DNA of 63,592 nt, filler included, from Octopus bimaculoides (GCF_001194135.2; 5 parts of 4 records of this genome joined end to end with filler, not necessarily neighbours in it), one strand, 5' to 3'. Shown: positions 24,950-39,843, counted from the first letter of the whole stretch. The notes: generated by a model not told the origin, from the letters alone. Translations and numbers: made by a program.

Positions 24950-25480
24950 AACTGAATGAAATGATGAGACAAGAGACAGGCGAGGTTACGCAGAAAGGAA
25001 ACGTAATTCTGTAATTGAAATGCTGAATTAATAGTATACATGACAAACATTTTTTTAATAGCCATCCCAGTGTCAGCACTTGTATATAGATTGATTTGGT
25101 GAATCTTTTTCGTAAATCAGTCAAATTGTCTTTGCTTTTTATGAAAGTAGTTTAAGGTGGCTTTTTGTAAATTTTGTATAAAATATCAGCTATGTGAGCA
25201 GTGCAATAATCCACTGTGAGCTTTATAGAAGACTAACCAGTAACTGAGAAGATCTGAAATAAATTCAACGGTTTCAGAAGTTATTATTGTATACAGCGAA
25301 GGGACTGGATACTACTAATCAATATATATCTGTGGTCCTATTATGTTTTATCTAATACTGTTTTTAATGATAAGAAACACAGCTAGTTCTTTCGAAAATC
25401 TTTGCATAGCTGGTTCACAAAACAACCATACTTTTACACAACATGCTTTCTAAATATCTAGTGATTGTCGATATATTTCA
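24950..25480 (-). mobile_element. Highly decayed hAT-like transposase remnant
   Basis: VWLFCEPAMQRFSKELAVFL and IADILYK resemble the hAT RWLS...RF...EL..FL and LAYLADIF blocks; many stops. Confidence 0.3.
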
Positions 25481-26364
25481 CAGCTGTTTACAACATTGAT
25501 AGATTTCCAATACCAAGTTTTCTTCAAGAACATAATTTTCTTTTGTTAAAATCTGTAACATTCTCATGTTAAATATCAACTTGTATAGTACTTCATAATG
25601 CTTGTCACATGTAACCTAAATTTGAAAACCGATTACATTCCCACCTGTGATGCTAAAGATAAAGGGAATTGTATGGTTGGTATGTACAAATATGTGTATA
25701 TGTGTATAAAAAAATTATTGCATGTTTCATATTCTCTTTCGTGATTATGTATCTTTATCGGTTCTATTTCTACCCTGAATAACTTGTCATGTTTATATGT
25801 TTTTACTTAATTCATCATTTATTCTATTCACTGTTTACTCAAATATTTTTCATCAAGTATTGAATATACATTATTTGACACAGCATATCTCTTCCCCATT
25901 TATCACACGCACACACACACACACACACGCACACAAACACATATTTCCGAGACCAGAATATAACAAGAAATTTATTATATTTTTTATTATAACATCATAA
26001 GCATCACACAATCTTTACATGGGTTTCACTAGCAGATACTAGAATGTGGAGCAGTAATCCTTATGTAGACGATTGCATAATCATCTTGAAATGCAAGATC
26101 TTCAGAAAATCGTTTTTTAATCCACTGTTATTTACCAACATCAGATGGTAGGTTGTACTAATAAGTACATGATGTAAACCTCCTATTTTATCCAGCTCTC
26201 CTATGTAAACACCAAATTATTCAAATTTAGTATTTACATATAATATCGAAACAAAATTGGAAGAAAAATTATATCTAATACTTAATTGGAATTTTAATAT
26301 ATATGGGTATTCCTGGAGTTGTAAGCATTGGTTAAGCTATCTCATTCAAAATAACAATTTTTAA

Positions 26365-26410
<46 letters not shown>

Positions 26411-26442
26411 ACATATATATATATATGTGTGTGTATGTTTGC

Positions 26443-26485
<43 letters not shown>

Positions 26486-27027
26486 CGTATATATAATTGT
26501 GGGTATGGCTGAATATATAACATATGTAAGTGTATGTATATATGTATGTATGTTTGTATGTGTGTATGTATGTATGTCTCAAAATATTAGCGAATATTGC
26601 AGTATTCTCAAAACGAATACTGCAATAGTCAGCATATAAATAATGCATCCACTTTATGTAGGATATAAAGATTAGGTATTAATACAGTTCCAACGCTAAT
26701 ATTTACTTCTTGATAACCCTGATGGCTATTTTCTACATCAGTGACTGAAAAGTCATTGTTATTCTATATATCGGTAGCAATGGGATTTTACTGGTATGTA
26801 GCAACCGGGCGCCCACATCTGAGAAAGTGTACTACGCTGAAATTATATGACAATTCTATGTCTGCTTTCACAGCACAGTACGTCTATACAGCAGAACTGT
26901 CAAGGCGAAAGCCGCAGTACTCGGTGTTCTAATGAAACATTCCACATTAAGCAAAATATAAAGATAACGATAGGTAGGTAAGTAAATAGATATAGATAGA
27001 TAGATAGAGAGAGAGAGAGAGACAGAC

Positions 27028-27064
<37 letters not shown>

Positions 27065-27169
27065 AATAGACAGACAAATGTATATGGATAAGTATACAGA
27101 TGCATACATATAGATGGAGTTATGGAAAAATAATATTATAAACAGAAAGATAGTGTGCAACTGCTATTA

Positions 27170-29220
27170 GATACCAGCTGTGATAATGCTGGTTATTCAG
27201 CAAATAAATTTCGGTTGACTTATCTGTGGTTAAAATGCAGCAATACTGAATGAAGAAGATAAGCAAACATCTAGCAAACACTAATCCTGCAACCTCAGAA
27301 ATCTTGAGGATAAACACAAGATGGAAGCTGTTTAGCAAAGTCGGTAACGTACAGGTAGAGTGGAAAGAAAAAAATGAATCTCAAATATAGATTGGAGCAC
27401 TTGAACTGGCATTCAAAATCGATGTTATAACTACAAGAATGCATTTGTCAGCCTGGTAAAAATTGCACTGCGCCTTTACCGAAATTTTTATAGTTCTTGC
27501 GTGAGTAAGTCCTCAAGTATTCAAAATTACTTAGTCAAATATAGAAAAGACAGAACCTTAAAAGAACTGTAGCTTCAAGTCAAAAATACCGAGTAACCCT
27601 TGTTTGATCGAAAAATTGAAACAACACGATTTCATAAGAGCTGTTCATAGAGTGGCCGTACGTGAAGTTTTAAATGTTTGGAGTATTCCCATGAGACATA
27701 GAAAGAAAATGAAAGATGTAAGTTTGAAACAGACGTTTTAAGATGTATCACTGGTACGATTTTACAAAACAAATATCATGATGAGCGTTTGTCTTAATAA
27801 CTTTCATATAAGATTTCAAGATACATGCAAATAATTACTCTTTCAAGAGAGAACAGCTTTGGATTACCGCTAGACAGAGCAGAAGCCTGTAACTCAAAGT
27901 GGTGGAAATTATATATATATAATAGAGCTTCGTATTTCATTCTGTAATTTATCGCTTGTCGGCGAATCAAGAGTATATATGTGTGTATGTATGTGTGAGT
28001 GGGGAGGGGGGCATGTGTGAGCGTATGCTTGTGTGTGTCTGTATTTATTATGCATTTAAATATAGATAACACGTGTATTGAATATATATTATATTTAGTA
28101 TGAAATAAAATGCGAGGTCTTAATACCACACATGTGAAAATATATCATTTCTTTACGTCAAAATAGATATTAAAATATCATGAACGACGTTGGTTTCATC
28201 TCACACGAATGTTTCCTCGAAAATAGATCGATAAAGTTAGACGGCAAATCTTTTCAATAATAAAACTTAAATATATAAAATTCAAAAACTTGCAGACGAA
28301 CAGAGGATATATCAAAATATACTGGTGAGCGTTGAAGGTATATTTCATTCTCACTACGTAAGATAACTAATTAAATGTTATTTCTCACACTCTTAAAATT
28401 TTGTAACGCATAATCAAATTAACACTATATTGTATGTATGTTTTCAAGATTTTTATGCACAAATACGATGAAACCAAGTTATTAAATATATGTACTTTTA
28501 GTATATGCGCATATAGCAAATGGACTTTTATATTGAATATGTATTATATATTATATGTGAAGAAGAAAGAGTCCTCGCTTGAACGCAATAGAATATATAT
28601 GTATCCTCTACAATAAAATATATGAAAAATATCGTCGAGTATCACCATACAGTAATCTTTTTGAAGAAATAGATAGCTATTCGAACGCAGACGATATATT
28701 ATGTGTCGCAAAGTCGGAGAATGCTCATGAACGCCGAAAAGAATAAATATATCATCTATAGTAGTATAAAAAGTATAAAAGATATCCTTTACCGTGACGG
28801 TTTCATCTTTAAATAAATTCTGGAGAAAGTAGATGGATATCCAAAAGTAGAAGGCAAAATTATTCCGTATAAAATACTTGAATGTATAACTTTCCAACAT
28901 TTTCAGACAAGATTTGATTTGAAGGTATACTGTTGAGTTTTGACGGTATCCTTCATTCGTTTTACGTAACACAGTTAATAAACGAGATCAAAAACCTAGC
29001 GTATTAGAATAGCATTATAAATAGAAAAGTTTGCATCGAAGCTGATAATTGTGATAATTGTAGCTATAAAATCCTTGAATATAAAAGTCTCTATGTGTTT
29101 AGATGTGAAGGGGGATCCGATTTCAAAAGATACTGGTGAGAGTGTTCAATGTATATTTCATTCTCTTTTCGTATGATAGATATTAAAAGGAAAATAATCT
29201 CTGATATTTTATATATTAAA
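27170..29220 (+). pseudogene. Probable decayed leucine-rich-repeat gene (TLR-ectodomain-like)
   Basis: Frame-broken pieces LEHL.L..KIDVI/KNAFVSLVK, IITLSRENSFGL, SLERNRIY, ILVSVEGIFHS and ILLSFDGILHS; three diverged internal units at ~28190-28380, 28790-28980 and 29060-29220. Confidence 0.4.
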
Positions 29221-29884
29221 TAGTAATCTTGTTTCCTTCACCATTTTTCAGTAAAGCAAGCAAGATAGATAGTAGCTATGTATCTTGCATATANNNNNNN
29301 NNNNNNNNNNNNNNNNNNNNNNNNNNNNNNNNNNNNNNNNNNNNNNNNNNNNNNNNNNNNNNNNNNNNNTATATATATTTGTGCGCGTGCGCGCACGTGT
29401 GCATTAAGAAAAGGGAAAGCTTGTAGAAAGATTAGGATTCTCTAAGTCTTGAAAATGAATAAGGAAATTTTACTTCAACGTTCATTGCTTATGCAACAGA
29501 ATATATGGTGTCGCACCTTTTCATGTATTGTTTTCCCTTCATTTATACTATTTCTATATCCTTAACTTTTTGTATTCTTTACTTATACTAAAATTAAAGC
29601 AATCACATTTTTGGTAGAGTTATTTTACCTTTTTAAAATGTCTATATACGTTACATTTACTTATGTTGAGTTTATTATCTTGCTATCTACAGAACTTTCT
29701 GGAGTTGCTGACATAAAAATCAGTCACAACTTTGGCTGATGATATGTAATATCAATCAAGTGTTATCTGATGACTCATATTGTAGCTCCTCTTATATTTT
29801 GGAATTCAATTGTTGCCAATTGGACATGGTCTTCTCAAAATGAATTTCCTTCTTATCCTAACTGCATCTTACATATCACTCTAA

Positions 29885-29887
29885 GGC

Positions 29888-29921
<34 letters not shown>

Positions 29922-29959
29922 TCAGGCAGACAGAAAGACAGACTGATAGAGAGACAGAC

Positions 29960-30026
<67 letters not shown>
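29885..30026. repeat. Compound (GACA)n/(GATA)n microsatellite
   Basis: Read directly from the sequence. Confidence 0.9.
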
Positions 30027-30028
<2 letters not shown>

Positions 30029-33000
30029 CTCATCTTGATCCAAAAAATGTGCACAAACGCGCTCACACAAATATTCGCAATGAAGATTCTACTTCAGGCT
30101 TGTTAGTAGCACATATACCAATATTTTTCGCATACAAACACTCATACACATATATATGTATACCAATGTATGTATTTATGCAGTGTGATTATAGATTTTC
30201 ATATTGTTAATTGCTGTGATCTTTGCTTAAACGCTGAGAAGCAGCGTTTTGACGAAGTGAAAGGGGAGTTTTTAAATTCTTAAAATTTATCCGAGTTTTC
30301 GAAAGGGTAATACAGTTTCTGTAAGTGCCAAATTACGTTACATGAGTGAGTTGCAACTCAAGTGATGACTGTAACCTCATTGCTCAATAACTGTTAAAAT
30401 GAAGCACAAAGCAGCTCAATGAATGTTTAGTTGTTTAGCGTAAGGCAGGTTAATTTTATTCACTTCACTTAAACTTTGGTTACCACCATGCCTGCATTTG
30501 CATATGCTTTTAGTAATCTCTTTATTGTTGTAGAAGTAATCTACTCTTTATATATTAATGTAATTATTAATGATCATTTATATATACATTTGCGTATATA
30601 TATAAATATCACACACATTCGTGTGTTTATGTGTACATAATTTATGACTTAGTTTTATGCAATCAGATAGCCACAACTACATATTACATATTATCAATTT
30701 ATATCGATTATTGGTTGTGAATGTTATTTATTAATGAATTCATTGCAAGTCATTACGGTAATTATTTTTGATATGTATGCCTATAGAGATTAAACAAAAA
30801 ATGTTCTGTTTTATTTCGACTCTATACAGGGAAGAGTGAAAATTGTTAAATCTGCAAATTTAACGAAATTAAACTGAAATCTATTAAATTTTACGGAAGT
30901 TAAATATATAACTACCATATTTTGTGGGCATTACCAACAAGTATCAACTAAAGTACTTTGGTACTGTCACATTCAGACTTGGTAACATCTAATTCTGTAA
31001 GAATCCCGTGGTCAGTTGTATAACTGAAGTTTTCTGAGGTATAGAGATGCTTATATACATGCAGTAACATTCTTGATCTATGACAAGTTTGTACACCATG
31101 AAGAGAAGGAAAATTTGACATTTTAAGATTGACCACTCGTCTGAGAGGCTGCATTTCAAGGTTGTGTGACTACGATTATTTGTAAGGAGAATGGTTGCAT
31201 AACTGAGGTTGGTGAGAGTGGGTGAAAGAAATGTATGTAATTAATTTATTTGAAAGAAAAAGTTATGTGAAATTTGTCTCTCTCAACTGTGTAATTAGAG
31301 ATGAATGTACTCAAAGAGGGTGTATCAGTATATTCATTGGTGTGTTAATGTGCGTGGTGTATACGAAGGGAATAACAAATATAATTGTATGGGTGTGTAG
31401 CAGATCAATGAGCATAAGTCACAAGGTTTAGTGTGTGCGCATGTGTGAACAGTAAAAATACTCTCGTGGGTGTGCAAGTGAACGTCAATGTCCACAAGTA
31501 AGAAATTTTATGTCTGTTTTATTGGTGTCTCTATTGAGATATATTGTTGCGATGGAATTGTATATATGAGGAAACGGAAGAAGGATGAAATGTGTTGATA
31601 GTTGTCTAGAGAACGGAATAAAGTGGTTCGGTAGCGAATGTATAATTTCAGAAATAACTGTTAAGATGACATTCCAAATAGAATTTCGTTAGACTCCAAA
31701 CGCACGAAGTAAGTTACCATCAAACGCTCTTTTCTCAAATGCCCAAAACCAATAACATATGCTTCAGTATACAGCAGTATATAGCTATTCAACAATTTTG
31801 CTGTGTCTTTGCCAAAATTATATGGAGTACTGCATACAAACTTTACAATGCATTACACATACAAGAAACGAAACGTCGTTAAAATGACTGCATTTTTTGT
31901 CGCCTCTCCTTAATGCTTCTATCCCTTTGCCTCTACCTCTCTCTCTTCTGTCCCCCACGTGACCGTCGTTCGGCTAAGCCTGACCTTTCTTTCTTGGTTC
32001 GACTACCGTCCGTGCAACATCTATGTTCCTCCCTGTGCCATTCAAATCTTATGTCCCTGCAGTAAGGGTTTACTACCACACATGCTAGCTTAATATAATT
32101 CGTCCTTAGTCGAAAGCCACCTGTTGTTATATCCTGTTATTTGCATTTATATTTGTGTAAAATTTCTCCGTTTCTTTCCGTCCTTGTTCTCATATAGATT
32201 CGCTGCTTTCTTGCAAGGAATCTAATGCTATTAGCTTAGTTTTTCCTCGGGGCTGGCCAGATTGGAGTAATCTCGAGTATAACCAACCAAAATTGCGAAG
32301 ATAATCTGGAACTCGACTGAGGAAGGAAAACTCCGAATGACCACGGGTTTGGATGCATGATTTGACAGATTGTTGTAAATACGCATATATTCATACATAT
32401 AAATACATATGCACGACTGTACACACACAGACACACATCTGTAATCACGAAGATAGGTTGAAGAATAATTCGTTAGGCTGTGCGATGTTACCAAAGTTTA
32501 AAACTAAGTCACTGCTTGTAGTTTTCAAAGGATCCATTTATTTACAAGAAAATATACAGAGATTAATTACCGAGAGTATTGAGCTGTATCCTAGGAGTTC
32601 TTACGGCTAGTATATATAGCTACAAGTGTGACTGCCTGCTTTTTAGAAAGACTATGGCGATTCTTTTGGCGAGAGCCCATGGAAATTTCCATTCGAAATC
32701 ATATGATCGAAGAGCAGATAAATTACTATTGATGAACAGTTAGGCCGCGATCACATGATGTTTCAAGACCGTTATTCGTTAATGCATTGATATGTTTTCA
32801 AATCTGTACCTCACTTATGAACTCCTGTGCTAGAGAGTTTGTTGCAGGACAAACGAACGAAAATACAACATTAACCAAAGTCAGTATAATGCAAATGTAC
32901 AATGTGTGATGTGTGCGTAATAGTGGGGAAAACTATCAAAGAAAAGATATCTAGAAAAACCACGAACGCAAATGAATTACAGATCAAGAATGAGGCATCA

Positions 33001-34174
33001 TGCAGAGTGTTATCTTCAGAAAATTGTAGGGCTGAAATATTACCAATGATGAATAAAGCATACAGGTAATGATGCAGGCGAGAGTAGAGGAATTTCTGTT
33101 AACCGTAGCCAGGATTCTTTTTTAACCCAACTTCGATCAATGGCCAAGAATCCTGTATTCTCTAGAGTATCTGAAACATCTGCCTTACGGATCGCACGCA
33201 CAGATATGACAGGTACTTTTGGAAATTTCTGTTCGAATCCATATGATAGAATGAGTGCATCTAAAATACTTATGGCTAACAATAATGCCGGAATCACCCG
33301 ATGTGTCAAAGCCGTTGTTCGCAACTGATCCGGCATGCTTTTCAAATCCAAGCCCCACTACATACAAATATTTACATGAATATAAGTACAATTTATAATT
33401 GAAAAAATATGGGTGTGTATGTCTATCGATGTATGTATCTCTATACATATTCATATATTAGACTATATATTAACGTGTGTGTGTTTGTATGTGGTGTGTG
33501 TGTGTTTGTATGTGGTGTGTGTGTGTTTGTATGTGGTGTGTGTGTGTTTGTATGTGGTGTGTTTGTATGTGGTGTGTGTGTGTGTGTGTGTGTGTGAACG
33601 TATCTGTATCGTTCATGTATTTGCATGTATGTACGTAAAATTCAGGAAACATTTCTGTACATTATGTGGTAACTTTGTACGTATAATTCAAATTAAATAC
33701 TATTCTGCCATTGTTTACCGACAATGCACCGCAAAGTCAGCTTCGAAACCAAACTGAACTTACATCGTGTAACTTCTAATAAGAAAGAGGATAAATAAAT
33801 AAAGCAGGGAAATTATTTTCCGTTGTAATATGGAAAGAAAATACATGAAAACTTCAAAGAAGTTATAATCCTTAGCCTTAAAAATACGACCAAATCATAA
33901 TACTGCAGAATTTCTTTGAAATGAAACATAATTTCAATAGGATGCAATAATATGCCACAGTAGGTAAACTTTTTTACAGTTTCTTATACAATAGGATTTT
34001 TACTACATTACTCGCCTTCTTTTTCATCAATTTTCTATCTTACTTTCATTCTTTTACTTTATTATTATGTTTCCCTTTCACTTTCTTTATTATGCCAGTC
34101 TATATTACTTACCTCCCTCCTTTTACAATTCTTTGTGCGTATACACATATTAGATATACACTCATGCATGTGTA

Positions 34175-34232
<58 letters not shown>

Positions 34233-34303
34233 GTGTGTTTATGTAATTTATATGTATATGTGTGTGTGTATAAATATATATACATACATGTATTTGTGTG
34301 TAT

Positions 34304-34342
<39 letters not shown>

Positions 34343-34379
34343 TTTATATATATATATATTTTTTTTTTTCTTTTCAAAG

Positions 34380-34500
34380 TTTCAGCTCAGAGCTGCGGCC
34401 ATGCTGATGCACCTTTTCTACACTAAGTTACGGGAATGTAAATAAACCAACACCGGTTGCCAATCAGGGGTGGGTGTTAAACACAGAAACACACACACAC
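34380..34500 (-). mobile_element. SINE family 1, 3' body fragment
   Basis: CTGCGGCCATGCTG...CTAAGTTACGGG matches 13595-13740. Confidence 0.7.
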
Positions 34501-35158
34501 ACACACACACATGCCACGGTCAAAAATTTGGAATGATTTCTACAACCTTGTTAACGCTAACAACTTTTACATTGCGTTTTGGGAATTTTATTCCTTGCAG
34601 CAACGCGGATGTCATTTTATAAGTTGTAATATGTAAGAGGTCCTCGACTGAGATCTATCTCTGAGTTTCTTTTGTGCTGCTGTTTGTTCCCCCAAACTGT
34701 TTGACAACCGATGTTGGCTTGTTTACATCCCCGTAACTTCGCCATTTAGTGTAGATTTCAGCAAGGTTTTGAGATAGCAAAGCTTGTTAACTAATCAGAG
34801 AAAGGTTTCTTGTTTGTAGAGGAGCTTCATGGATACCATGTACTCTATAGGCCTTGATACGCGTAGCTTGACTTGGGTTCAAAGAAAATGATGCTGACGA
34901 AGGGTCAAGTGGTGTATCGAAGAGATCATCTAAAATAAGTAAAAACAAAATATATTTTAAGTGTCGCCAAACTTTTTGAGATAACATTAAATTTCTTTAT
35001 CCATCCATACATACATGACGAAGGATGGAGGCATAAGAAATCAATACGCATTGCTTAAGTTATGTTCTTTTAGTTCTGCAAAGCTCGAGTTATGGGAAAT
35101 CTTTCACCCTTAGTTTCAGTACGAAAGTAAATTTATACGTCTGTGTATGGTTAAGTGT

Positions 35159-35193
<35 letters not shown>

Positions 35194-35196
35194 TGT

Positions 35197-35238
<42 letters not shown>

Positions 35239-35575
35239 AGAGAGAGAGATGTGGGTGTGGGTGTATATTCATATACATATAAGCNNNNNNNNNNNNNNNN
35301 NNNNNNNNNNNNNNNNNNNNNNNNNNNNNNNNNNNNNNNNNNNNNNNNNNNNNNNNNNNNNNNNNNNNNNNNNNNNNNNNNNNNNNNNNNNNNNNNNNNN
35401 NNNNNNNNNNNNNNNNNNNNNNNNNNNNTATATACGTGTATATACATGTCTGTGTGAGTGGGGTTGTGGTTAGGGTGTTGTATTCATGACCATATGATTG
35501 TTCTTTTAATTTCTGGACGGGGACCAGCCTATGGCCCAGGGAGGACATTTGATCATCTCTTGATATATATATATA

Positions 35576-35613
<38 letters not shown>

Positions 35614-36220
35614 TGTGTGCGTGTTAAATATATGAGGGTAGACATTAATATTATTAATTAATATCAATTTAAACTATTAGTCTAGCATACTTTAAAAAGT
35701 CCGAAGACTATGAATTATATTACACACATAAGAGGAATGCCCACCAAGGTGGATTGCTAATATGCTAGAAGAAGACGCCAAATCGTCTTACAACGAAGAA
35801 TATGTCAAAACATTTCAGCAAACGCCAGAATGTAAGCGACCAAGACAAATAAAAAGGTACAAAATATGGCAATAAACTCCAAACCTTGAGATCTCTCTAT
35901 TAACGATCACTAATGTGATCATCCGTGGCTCATCAGTGAAGTCGTTGCAGGAAACATAATTCACCGAACTAGACACAAAACGTCCTCTCGATAGAGAACG
36001 TGTATGAAGTTCTGCCAATTATGCATCAGGGTCTCGCTTACAAATGCTTTGATCTTGACGAGCTGAAACTGGAAAGAACACTGCAGTTTATAAATTTCCG
36101 CAGCGAATTCACGGTGGTGCACCAGCATGACCGCAGCCACTTGGCTGAAACACATACAGAAAATAAAGAAAATAATTGTTAGACAACATGGCTATTTAAA
36201 AGTCAAATATATGTTACACA

Positions 36221-36385
36221 GGCGCAGGAGTGGCTGTGTGTTAAGTAGGTTGCTTACTAACCACATGGTTCCGGGTTCAGTCCCACTGCGTGGTATCTTG
36301 GGCAAATCTCTTCTACTATAGCCTCGGGTCCACCAAAGTCTTTTGAGTGGATTTAATAGACGGAACTTGAAAGTAACCCGTCATA
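36221..36385 (+). mobile_element. SINE family 1, 5' half, followed by (TA)n and a gap
   Basis: GGCGCAGGAGTGGCTGTGTG...GGTTCCGGGTTCAGTCCCACTGCGTGG...CTTGGGCAA. Confidence 0.88.
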
Positions 36386-36446
36386 TATATATATATATAT
36401 ANNNNNNNNNNNNNNNNNNNNNNNNNNNNNNNNNNNNNNNNNNNNT

Positions 36447-36458
36447 TAATTAATTAAN
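36447..36458. other. Artificial TTAATTAATTAA linker in an N gap
   Basis: Same construct as at 21936. Confidence 0.93.
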
Positions 36459-36501
36459 NNNNNNNNNNNNNNNNNNNNNNNNNNNNNNNNNNNNNNNNNN
36501 N

Positions 36502-36532
<31 letters not shown>

Positions 36533-37071
36533 GTATGCATGTATGTACCAAAATACTCGGATGCATTACACGGGTGCATAAATATGACTTCATCAGATTT
36601 CAAGTTCATTGTCTTTCCGAACGATGTTTCAGAATTCTATTCTTTATCTATCCCCATTCCATCCTCTAAGAGCACCCCTACTCCACCACCAACAGCACCA
36701 CCAACACCTCCACAGACATCACCACCACCACCACCACCAGAAGCAACACCTCACCAAAAGCGGTAACAAACAATACGATATTCCTGGCGTTACTTTCGTC
36801 CACATTTAAAAGATATTCGTCAAACTGGCATAATTTATCAATTTCGGGTGGAGGGCAGTGGATAGGTTGCATTTAAGAAAATGTTGTTGGGTGTGGGGGA
36901 AGCTTTAAAGACATTCGTTGCGTGTTTAGGTACATTCAAGATACACCACTATCTATACCTCCTACAAGCTCTGCTTCCCAAACTTTTGTCTCTAGCATCA
37001 ATACCTTCACCACCACGACCACAACTACAACCCATTCTAATCCTGCTTTCTCTTTCTCCTAACATTTTACA

Positions 37072-37140
<69 letters not shown>

Positions 37141-37266
37141 GTCATCGCCAGTGACTGGCCATAAATAGGAAGTTCCTTTTACAAAATAAATGAATAAAAC
37201 CGCACAATATAAACGATTCTAGCGCTGTCGGATCTGCCCGTTTCAAGGACAGACTGATACGTGTCA

Positions 37267-37351
<85 letters not shown>

Positions 37352-38165
37352 NNNNNNNNNNNNNNNNNNNNNNNNNNNNNNNNNNNNNNNNNNNNNNNNN
37401 NNNNNNNNNNNNNNNNNNNNNNNNNNNNNNNNNNNNNNNNNNNNNNNNNNNNNNNNNNNNNNNNNNNNNNNNNNNNNNNNNNNNNNNNNNNNNNNNNNNN
37501 NNNNNNNNNNNNNNNNNNNNNNNNNNNNNNNNNNNNNNNNNNNNNNNNNNNNNNNNNNNNNNNNNNNNNNNNNNNNNNNNNNNNNNNNNNNNNNNNNNNN
37601 NNNNNNNNNNNNNNNNNNNNNNNNNNNNNNNNNNNNNNNNNNNNNNNNNNNNNNNNNNNNNNNNNNNNNNNNNNNNNNNNNNNNNNNNNNNNNNNNNNNN
37701 NNNNNNNNNNNNNNNNNNNNNNNNNNNNNNNNNNNNNNNNNNNNNNNNNNNNNNNNNNNNNNNNNNNNNNNNNNNNNNNNNNNNNNNNNNNNNNNNNNNN
37801 NNNNNNNNNNNNNNNNNNNNNNNNNNNNNNNNNNNNNNNNNNNNNNNNNNNNNNNNNNNNNNNNNNNNNNNNNNNNNNNNNNNNNNNNNNNNNNNNNNNN
37901 NNNNNNNNNNNNNNNNNNNNNNNNNNNNNNNNNNNNNNNNNNNNNNNNNNNNNNNNNNNNNNNNNNNNNNNNNNNNNNNNNNNNNNNNNNNNNNNNNNNN
38001 NNNNNNNNNNNNNNNNNNNNNNNNNNNNNNNNNNNNNNNNNNNNNNNNNNNNNNNNNNNNNNNNNNNNNNNNNNNNNNNNNNNNNNNNNNNNNNNNNNNN
38101 NNNNNNNNNNNNNNNNNNNNNNNNNNNNNNNNNNNNNNNNNNNNNNNNNNNNNNNNNNNNNNNNN

Positions 38166-38204
<39 letters not shown>

Positions 38205-38327
38205 TAGTTATTCATTTAGCTTCTGAGTTAATGCTGGGCTACTTGTTGATGATGAAGTTGCTTTTTGTTGCTGCTGTTGTTGTCATCGTGGTTATTGTTG
38301 TTGTTATTATTATTATTATTATTACTG

Positions 38328-38360
<33 letters not shown>

Positions 38361-38361
38361 G

Positions 38362-38399
<38 letters not shown>

Positions 38400-38686
38400 T
38401 TACTACTACTACTACTACTACTACTGCTCACGTTATTATGTTTAAGTTTTTATAAGGTTTGGTTGCTTTCAAAGGGATTTGAGAAATGGCGTTCTGACAC
38501 GCAAAATTTCATCCTGTTGTCTTAATCTTGATTCAGACAATAAAAATAACTTTGACACCACTGAATAGAGAAATATTTTTTTTACACGACACAATCTCTG
38601 AAACATACACACTCACACGCACTCACACGCACACGAAACCGCGCATACATGCGAGTGCGCGCATACACGCTCAGTAAATACACGCT

Positions 38687-38717
<31 letters not shown>

Positions 38718-39843
38718 TCACAGGCAAACGTACAAATATTCTCCTCGCACATATTTAGGAAAATACGTATGTGTGCAGATACGAAGGAAAATATGTAGAA
38801 AATATTTAGAACTGTATATGTTTGTGTCTATGTGTGTATATATACATACATACATATATATTTATATGTGTGTGTATGTCTGTGTTTATATGTGTATATA
38901 TACGTGTAAGTGAGCATATACAAATATATATATATATATANNNNNNNNNNNNNNNNNNNNNNNNNNNNNNNNNNNNNNNNNNNNNNNNNNNNNNNNNNNN
39001 NNNNNNNNNNNNNNNNNNNNNNNNNNNNNNNNNNNNNNNNNNNNNNNNNNNNNNNNNNNNNNNNNNNNNNNNNNNNNNNNNNNNNNNNNNNNNNNNNNNN
39101 NNNNNNNNNNNNNNNNNNNNNNNNNNNNNNNNNNNNNNNNNNNNNNNNNNNNNNNNNNNNNNNNNNNNNNNNNNNNNNNNNNNNNNNNNNNNNNNNNNNN
39201 NNNNNNNNNNNNNNNNNNNNNNNNNNNNNNNNNNNNNNNNNNNNNNNNNNNNNNNNNNNNNNNNNNNNNNNNNNNNNNNNNNNNNNNNNNNNNNNNNNNN
39301 NNNNNNNNNNNNNNNNNNNNNNNNNNNNNNNNNNNNNNNNNNNNNNNNNNNNNNNNNNNNNNNNNNNNNNNNNNNNNNNNNNNNNNNNNNNNNNNNNNNN
39401 NNNNNNNNNNNNNNNNNNNNNNNNNNNNNNNNNNNNNNNNNNNNNNNNNNNNNNNNNNNNNNNNNNNNNNNNNNNNNNNNNNNNNNNNNNNNNNNNNNNN
39501 NNNNNNNNNNNNNNNNNNNNNNNNNNNNNNNNNNNNNNNNNNNNNNNNNNNNNNNNNNNNNNNNNNNNNNNNNNNNNNNNNNNNNNNNNNNNNNNNNNNN
39601 NNNNNNNNNNNNNNNNNNNNNNNNNNNNNNNNNNNNNNNNNNNNNNNNNNNNNNNNNNNNNNNNNNNNNNNNNNNNNNNNNNNNNNNNNNNNNNNNNNNN
39701 NNNNNNNNNNNNNNNNNNNNNNNNNNNNNNNNNNNNNNNNNNNNNNNNNNNNNNNNNNNNNNNNNNNNNNNNNNNNNNNNNNNNNNNNNNNNNNNNNNNN
39801 NNNNNNNNNNNNNNNNNNNNNNNNNNNNNNNNNNNNNNNNNNN

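Noticed and set aside
26741-26932. YVYTAEL motif reminiscent of SLC22 transporters
   Set aside because: A single short match with no flanking similarity or convincing splice sites.
34787-34932. Strong minus-strand acceptor followed by an open frame (DDLFDTPLDP...)
   Set aside because: No recognisable homology and no good donor; chance level in AT-rich DNA.
36110-36175. Strong minus-strand acceptor and apparent exon ending at gtaagc
   Set aside because: The acceptor and first codons are the reverse complement of the SINE family 1 tail.
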